Shown here piece by piece: positions 56,082 through 64,000 of a stretch of DNA of 64,000 nt (the stretch's first letter is position 1; every line of letters starts with the position of its first letter). The notes below the pieces were generated by a model. That model was not told the origin of the DNA. It made no database searches and saw only the letters and a list, made by a program, of their open reading frames with translations. The stretch covers positions 86,180,001 to 86,244,000 of the forward strand of contig OX597820.1 in assembly GCA_951406725.2 (NCBI GenBank), written 5' to 3'. This stretch comes from Octopus vulgaris (Eukaryota). A program made the position numbers and the translations under genes.

Positions 56082-56406
56082 TACACAAACACACACACAC
56101 ACATTATATATATATATATATATATAAACATATACGTATACATATTTCAGACAAATCTAAAAACAATGGAAGTCAGGTGTTATACTCTTAAAAAACAAAA
56201 TAAACCTGTAAAGTTTTTGATTAATTTTTTTATCATATAATTTATTTTGTTTGCTATACATTAGCAAAATATTCTCGTTTTAATGATAGTATGTACACAC
56301 GCTCAACATACACACAACACATCTGCAATATGCACAGCATACACACACACACACAGGCACAGGAATATTCTTCTTGTTTTTCTTTCCACCTTCTCATTAT
56401 TATTAT

Positions 56407-56956
56407 TGAGTGAGAGAGCAGTTCATGCCATATTAATATATACGCATATATATATATATATACGTGACACTGGGGTAAAATATACGAAGCCCAATATACC
56501 CATCATGACTACCCGTCTGATAAGGGTACACCAGGCACATGCATCACAACCATATGTGCGCGCCATGGTGATCGCATATCAAGATAAACAGCACATGGCC
56601 TTGCAGGTGGGGGCCCAGTTAAAATTTTCTTCGGGTTGAGTAGCCCATCCCGCTCAAAAGGTCCCTGAATAAGAGTTGTTTGAGGATGTTGAAAGAACCA
56701 CCCATGTTTCCAGAGGTGAATTATTCAAACCCAAACAATCCCTCTCAACACATGGCTATGATGCTCCCCCACTAATTCTGCTCGTGATCAGATATGTACA
56801 TATCGTTAGCCACTAAGGGACATGCTCAACTGGTTAAGGTCAAACAACTGACAAGCAAATCTGTGGTATTGAGCAGAATGTTTGCTGTAGCCCATCTTTT
56901 ATACCAAGACAAAACAATGTACATGATAACACTTCCAACCAGTTAAGATCAGAAGC

Positions 56957-56959
<3 letters not shown>
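56407..56959 (-). mobile_element. Family C retroposon flanked by (TAA)n on both sides
   Basis: Matches the 13160 copy. Confidence 0.8.
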
Positions 56960-57022
<63 letters not shown>

Positions 57023-57029
57023 CACCAAT

Positions 57030-58540
57030 ATTATATACTGTTAAACTGCATGTTTGTTACAATAACTCGCCGAAACACATCAGCGTCCTTGGGCGAGTAA
57101 AGGATAAGAGACGTTACAGTATGCCTGAAAGCTTAGGGAAGGGGCGTGACAGGAGCAGTAGAGAAATGTCTTCATGTAATACATAACATACATTTAAATT
57201 CATGGGGTTTTCTAAGGATGTGGTCAGTACTCGTCAGCACAATGTTTTAGATTTCTCTGAGACATGGTTCTCCTGGGATATTATCTAGATATGTCTTCCA
57301 TCTCTTTCTTATCATACCTAGGACACCCACAATAACAGGAACAGTTCTAGATTTAAGATACCACATCTTTTGTATTTTAATTCCCAGCTCCTTATATTTA
57401 CGTAATTTGTGAAATTCTTTTGCAGATATATATTTATCAGCGGGAACACATATATTTATTAGTTTACAAGTATTTTTGTCTCTGTCTTTAATAACTTCCG
57501 AGACGAGATGGTTTATTATTTCATCAAATTTATCGTAGAATCTGGTCAAAATCGTTTTGAAGAACGGCAGCCTGGTAGTTTTTAGTAAGCAATATTTTGA
57601 TCTTGTGCCGCCAGTATGAAACCTCTAGTCTCTACTTTCAGTCTTGAGTTTCTCACCGAATGATGAGTTATTGCTTGGTCTACATCAGCATTTCAGCTTC
57701 GAAGTATATACTGTCCATGTAGAGGCTTCTGGCTCCACCGCTACTAATTTGTTCCTCTCTGTTCTATTTTGCAGTCTGTTTGATATTTTTCTAGCTGTGG
57801 TTTCTGGTTCTTCATTTAATTCAGCGTTAATACTAAGTTCCATTCCGAATTTGCAAGCTTACTTGATAATAGAATGTGATTTTTTGCTGCTTTCATGTTT
57901 GCACACAAGCTGCAGAAAACAGTCATTTGTACTAGATAAGCACCTGATCTGTTTGCATTGGGAAATCCCAGACGATTTTATCGCCACAACTTGTAGTGGT
58001 TTGGGGCAAGTCTATGGTATTCGTTCGTGATATGAGCACTGTGTTCATCCATGCTGTTGCTGATGCAGTACAGCGGTGATACTTGCTCATCCCTTATGTT
58101 GACCCTCCAGTTCGTGGCTAGAGCTTGGTCCTGCGCTGCCAGTACATTGCTCTCGATCTCTTTTTTAGGGTTCCTTTCATCAGCCAATCCCACTTATTTT
58201 TTCAGCAAATTCTATTGTGACTACACGGAATTGATTGTGTTGTCCCTTCTTTATGTCCTTTTTGAACTTCTTTCTTTGTTTTCCTATTTTTCTCCGCTCT
58301 CAATACTCCCTCGTTCCAGTCAGTAGCAAGGTTTCCTTACTTTGGGCTGGGTGTCTCATTAAACTCTCGAGTTCGATACGCACGCAGTCTTCCACACTTA
58401 TCAGTCCCCTTCCTGCATTTTCTCTTTTTATGTATAGGCGATCAGTGTCTGCACTGCACGCGGATGATGGGCTCCATGTACCGTTAGGAGTTTTCTTGAC
58501 TTCTTGTCTATCTCCTTTAGCTCCTCCTCTGTCCACTTCA
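57030..58540 (-). pseudogene. R4/Dong-like LINE 3' part (thumb, CCHC, RLE, 3' UTR)
   Basis: DRLYIKRENAGRGLISVED; LAAQDQAL; KLRKYKELGIKIQKMW..VPVIVGVLG. Confidence 0.82.
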
Positions 58541-58749
58541 GGATTTCAGAACCATACCAAACCACTGCCACTGCGCGCAAATAATAACGTTATTGTTGTT
58601 TTGTTCTATACGAGCTTTTCCCTAAATTCTATGGGGGTTATTTATGATTAGCAACGATAAATTGTACTGGACCAGAATCTAAGAACTAGGATTTTGTTAA
58701 ATTTATAATACTTTGATTTTGAAAGAATATTAAGAGAACTAAGTATTAT

Positions 58750-59560
58750 CAAGTCGACAGTGCTTTTCTAATGATGTGGGCAGCACCCATGAGAATAATG
58801 TTTTTTTTTGGATGTATTACTTGGTGATTTCTCGGTATTTTACAATAGATTTTAAGAGTGCCTTTTGATATCATCGCCAAAGTTCCCATGATCACAGATA
58901 GAGTTGTCGTTTCTAGATATCACATTTTTGAATCTGCTAATTCAAGGTTCTTCTAATTACTTAAGTGTTTTAATGTTCTCACAGAAGTGTTGCGGTCTGC
59001 TGGGATTAACATACTTATGAGCAGATATATTTTGCCAATGTGAGGATTTTTTACCACAATATCTGGTTTATTCACCTGAATACCTCAATTTGCATAGCCA
59101 ATCCCCACAGAACGCTGATGTCTTTATTTTCTACAAATTTGAGAGGTTTATGTTCCCACTAATATAAGAGTGACGATTAGCGGCATATGATCCAGTACAA
59201 ATACTGATTATGCTTATCATGGTGTTTAATATAGTCATTTGCAGTCAATATACACATCCAGATATGAGGTATATTAGGACTGGTATTAAGAATATACACA
59301 TTGGAATATATTCATCATATATGAGTGCCTTTTGCTATGATTCATTAGTTGACAAACAACTGTAAACAGTATACTTCTGATGAATGATGGGACTTTGTGC
59401 CTGAAATATATACAGGTTACTGAACCTTATTTATCTAATTGTTAGAAGCTCTCCTATGGCTTCTAAAAATATTTTGGCCTTTTACATATAAAGTAAATTT
59501 TTAATTTGAAGCAGCTCTATTAATATGAACATTACCGATTGTCACATACTTAATGTATTT
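58750..59560 (-). pseudogene. Second, more decayed R4/Dong-like RLE fragment
   Basis: KPDIVV; TTLSVIMGTLAMI; LMGAAHIIRKALS*. Confidence 0.65.
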
Positions 59561-59915
59561 GTATTGTGTACGTGCATATTGGCCGCGGAATTTTATCCAG
59601 AGGAAAGTCCATTTAAGACGTCTAGTGCTGAAAGAGAGTAAATATCTCAAAACCAGACGAAACGCGCCATCCTGTAAGTGAACGAAAACGGTGGATAGCG
59701 ATATTTCGCTGTTATTTCATATCATCGATACCTTGTAGTCGACTCACTTCGTAACCAATTTGAATCACTTGTCTGAGATATATAAGCAGAGACTGTAAAA
59801 TTTATCTCTTGATGTGCAACATCACCTTACAAGTAAAAACAAATTAGATACTGAATTAAAAGCGGTTCCGTACTGTATGATTTCGTTAATGTTAACGTTA
59901 TTAGAGCTGCTTCTA

Positions 59916-60135
59916 GGGCGACGAGTTGGCAGAATCTTTTGCACGCAGGGCAAAATGCTTAATGAAATTTCGTCCGTCTTAATGTTTGGAGTTCCAATTC
60001 CACCGAGATCGACTTTGTCTTTCATCCTTTCGGGGGTTCGTAAATTAAGTACCAGTGAAACACTGGGGTCGATGTAATCGACTAGTTCCCTCCCCCAAAA
60101 TTTAAAAACTCGTGCCTTTAGTAGAAACGATTATT
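59916..60135 (+). mobile_element. SINE family B-related
   Basis: GGCGACGAGTTGGCAGAA..CTTTCATCCTTTCGGGG. Confidence 0.8.
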
Positions 60136-61116
60136 AGAGCCACTTCTAAATCAAAATTTAGATTTGAGTTGTAGGGTTGGCATTAACTTCTTCGACGTGT
60201 CTAGGGAAGATTTTCTTGAGAATCTCATCGTGATAAGGCTTTTATACTTCAAGAAGTCTCCTTTTTAGCCGATCTACATTACAAGCTCGAAGTATTGTTG
60301 TCATCCTAATATTAGTGCTACTTATTTATTATTCTCAAATAAACATATATAAATATCCTGCTAGCATTGTTTAATGAATATATATTTTCTTTAAATACTT
60401 GCGGAGCATTTATATTTCACTCATTCATACATTGAATAGTATTAGATGTAAGGAGGGACAAATATAGTTAATCGATCGTTATGCTATTAGCAATTAATAA
60501 TCATATAGGGCACAATCAAATATGTTTCAAGTTAGGAGAGAAGTATAGGTATATATGACTGTGTGTATGAATAAAACAAATGTATCAATGAAGAGAAAAT
60601 TTGAGATGGCTGAAAGATTTGAGAATCGATATAGAGTTAATAATACACAAGCATTAAGCCATTAATAATTATTAATATGTGCATCAATAAATATACTTCT
60701 TTATATATGTTTTGTAAATGTATACGCATATTTGAGAAGTGGAGATCATAGATTTACCTATATAATTGGAGATTGCAATACAGTTAATAATGGATTACCA
60801 GTTAATACACATACTGATAGCTATAATGAAAACGTTTGAGGTTGATGGTGGAACCGAAATATATCTATGTATCTGTGTGTGTGTATATATTATATTTTGT
60901 GAAGACAGACTGGGATTTAACAACATATATTGGCCTAGATGCTATGTACAGTTAAATCACATATTGTCTTCACATATTTCTATCTTATATGCTAAACCAA
61001 GTGTTTAAGTAACATCTCCGATGCTCCCTAATGCCTGCTTGCTAATACATCCATGCAAAACAACATTCATAAACACATACATCCATACATACAGACTCGC
61101 AGAAGAGCCAATAAAT

Positions 61117-61327
61117 ATTGCTTTCAAATTTTAGCACAGGCTCAGCAAGGCCAGGCTCTGGGCAAGTCAATTACATCGTCCCCGGTGCACAACTGGTACT
61201 TATTTTATCGACTCCGAAACGATGAAAGGCAAAGTCGGCCACCTATTTTGAACACAGAATGCAAAGATGGATGATGTGCCGCTCAACATTTTTTCCCGGC
61301 GCAATAAAAAGTCTGCCAGCTCGTCGA
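61117..61327 (-). mobile_element. SINE family B-related, diverged
   Basis: GATGAAAGGCAAAGTCG..CTGCCAGCTCGTCG. Confidence 0.7.
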
Positions 61328-61610
61328 CAATAAACATTTGCGCTCTCTTAGATAAAATTATCCTCCTGTTTGAATATATAGTGGTACAACGAAAATGCGT
61401 AAAACATCCCAGACATTTCCATTTGAGATTCCTGGATTGAGCACATTCATATAATCACGTACACATATTATAATCTCGACGACAAACATGCAAACACAAG
61501 CACACACACGCATACACAAATAAGTTCTCATGAAACTCACACTAGTACGAAAGTACAATGCAAACCACGACTTCAGAGCAAGTTTATCAAAATGCACTTG
61601 TAATATTACA

Positions 61611-62411
61611 TCTATCTATATATATATAAACGGCAGTTTGTCTGTCTGTGTGTCTGTCAGGTTGTACCCTCACCCTGACCACGGCTTTCAACCGATTCTG
61701 ATGAAACTTGACACACACATAGCCCAATGTCATAATTCAAAACTAACGCAGCGAAAATTTTGAAAAGTTCCCCCAGTTCTGAAAAAAAATCGATAAATTT
61801 GACATGGGTCGAGAATCTAAGCTTTTTATATGCAACACATTTTCTACAGACTTCTAGGGGACGCAACTCGACCTTTTTAACTCTCGGAACACGTGGGGTA
61901 AGTAACCAAAATGTATAAAAATGTACAAAAACGGCAAAAAAGCGAGCAGCAATGTGAGTGACAACAACGAAAATGTCAAAAGTGACCAAACTGAACAAAC
62001 GAATGGAAAAGGTTTTTTGATTCACACGACAAAAGCGGTTTATAATAAACCAAGAGGTTGCAAGTAGCATCCGAGGACCCTTAGGGTACGTCAAAAATTT
62101 AAGGTAAAACGTTTGGGGTGGTAGTTATAAAGAAAGTGTAAACAAAAAAAGTATTCGAATAACTTGCGGCTGCAGTAGCTATTAGCAGAAGTGGCGGTGT
62201 TGGGGGTAAAGTCTCGAATGTAATTTCTTCCTGGTAGGAATTGGTTGGGTTGAATTATCGATAGCTGTTTGATAGTTATTTGGGAGTGAAGAGAAGACAT
62301 TGCAACCTACACATGCACCTTCGTTCCCTAGAGGGAAAGGACTAGATTGGGATTAGTCGTTGCCTACTAGGGGCTCTTACATACCCGGGCAACGCCGGGC
62401 TATGCTGCTAG
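61611..62411 (+). mobile_element. Complete non-autonomous Helitron
   Basis: A|TC 5' end; 3' hairpin CCCGGGCAACGCCGGG then CTAG|T. Confidence 0.88.
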
Positions 62412-62437
62412 TCTATATATAATACATATCTATATTT

Positions 62438-62596
62438 GAGAGATGAGGAATTATGTACATTATTTACATTTGACGGATATTTGTCCTCATCTTGTTTATT
62501 GTTAACACAACGTTTCGGCTGACATACACTCCAGCCTTCATCAGGTGTCATGGGGAAATTTCGAACTTGGGTTCTCATTCCTAAGATATTTTACGA

Positions 62597-62641
<45 letters not shown>

Positions 62642-62717
62642 GATTCAGGTCACTGCCTGGAATCGAACTCGGAATATTGGGGTTAGTAGCCCGCGCTCTT
62701 AACCACTACGCCATATG
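62438..62717 (-). mobile_element. Family E: tRNA-headed SINE carrying an intact minimal hammerhead
   Basis: Head TGGCGTAGTGGTTAAG..GAGTTCGATTCC, then (TAA)n, hammerhead, and 3' GATGAGGA/TCCTCATC hairpin. Confidence 0.88.
62504..62549 (-). ncRNA. Minimal type I hammerhead ribozyme
   Basis: GACAC-CTGATGA-A-GGCTG..CAGCC-GAA-ACGT-T^GTGTT. Confidence 0.8.
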
Positions 62718-63471
62718 TCGTAGTGGTTAAGAGCTCCGGCTACTAACCCCAAGATTCGGAGTTCGCTTTTTTTAAATATTGTGAAATCTCTTATGAGAAT
62801 GTTCCTAATATTTTTGAGTTTTTTCCTAGTGTGTGAGCGCTCTCGTTAGAACTTATATTATTCAACTACGGTAGTAGTTGAATAATATACTTAATGGAGC
62901 TTTTTTGTCGCAGCCGGAGTCCAATTCAGTTCGTCTTAACTTTCAAGAAAAGGGATATTTTTTAATGAAATCCTCTACCAATATACCTCGGACTACGTAG
63001 ATATCGAGGACATAGGCATTAGGGGAGGGGCAACAATTGGGGATTATTTTTTAGAACTGTTCCTCACTCGGGAGTTTTTCAAAACACGTCATCCATATTT
63101 GTTTCTTTTTCTCTGTTTTGTGCGTCTATGCATCCGTAGATTTCTACTAAACAAACAAATAGGCAATGAAGGCAGAAAACTCTTTAGAATAAAAGAAACA
63201 CCTAAAGGTCTGGTACACAGAAATATGTAATTAAAACAACTTATCTGTCACATACGATTTCTTTTTTCTCACTTTAAGTCAATTCTCAGGTAAAACATTT
63301 CTAATAGAAAGACAGAAGACACCAGAATCAAATTAAGGAATATACATGCACAGTTAAATATAGAAGTGTAAAGCATAATTTGTTACATAATCTCTATAAA
63401 AAACATGATACTGAATGGAATGATTCCCCAGTTGAACATTTACATTACATATGTGTGTGTGTTTGTGTGTG

Positions 63472-63525
<54 letters not shown>

Positions 63526-64000
63526 TATAAATCTACGGATGCGCAAACGCGCAAAACGGAGATAAAGAAACAAATATGGACGACTTGTTCTGAAATGAAT
63601 TCCTATGAATTTTCCAAAATTCCTCCCCATCCTCAACTAAACACCTTTCCCACAAAAGTTTGTATATTCGTAATTTACATGATATAACACATATTCGTAG
63701 AAACTTTCATTAACAAACATCCATTTTTCTGAAAGTTATGATCATCCAAATTCGGGCAGGCAGAAATCTGTAGTTATACCCACTACTGATATAAGAACTA
63801 AACTATTTCTTAGGCGCACACACAACAAAAGATAAAAAAAACAACACAGAGTTCTCATATTTATTTTCATTAGTTTAAACTACTTTTTATAAAAAATGAA
63901 ATTGTTTTGCTCAAATTTTGTAGTATCACTTTTTAAAGTCCATGTGTTAAAGTATTTTCAAAACAAGATTATTTAGTAACATTTTTTTTCTATATTTTTT

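Noticed and set aside
59625-59675. CTGAAAGA..GAAACGCGCC hammerhead-like string
   Set aside because: Core spacing is wrong and the helices are not convincing
62645-62717. Possible tRNA gene (also at 34965-35040 and 49480-49550)
   Set aside because: No proper acceptor stem, and the sequence continues into repeat bodies: these are SINE heads

Overview
AT-rich, microsatellite-dense animal DNA. The SINE families and repeat landscape resemble octopus/coleoid cephalopod genomes (recognised from memory, not searched). No host protein-coding exon is evident. Nearly all listed ORFs are microsatellite artefacts or decayed transposon fragments: Tx1/L1-like, R4/Dong-like and RTE LINEs, a Penelope-like GIY-YIG element, Helitrons, a hAT (SPIN/Charlie-like), Tc1, mariner and maT-like transposases, and several tRNA-derived SINE families. 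The notable layer is RNA structure. There are about 10 minimal hammerhead-ribozyme motifs, including U3-A8 core variants, one inside a tRNA-headed SINE, and one whose three strands appear in a non-canonical order. Several motifs sit in long fold-back palindromes embedded in (TA)n. Coordinates were read by eye and boundaries are approximate.
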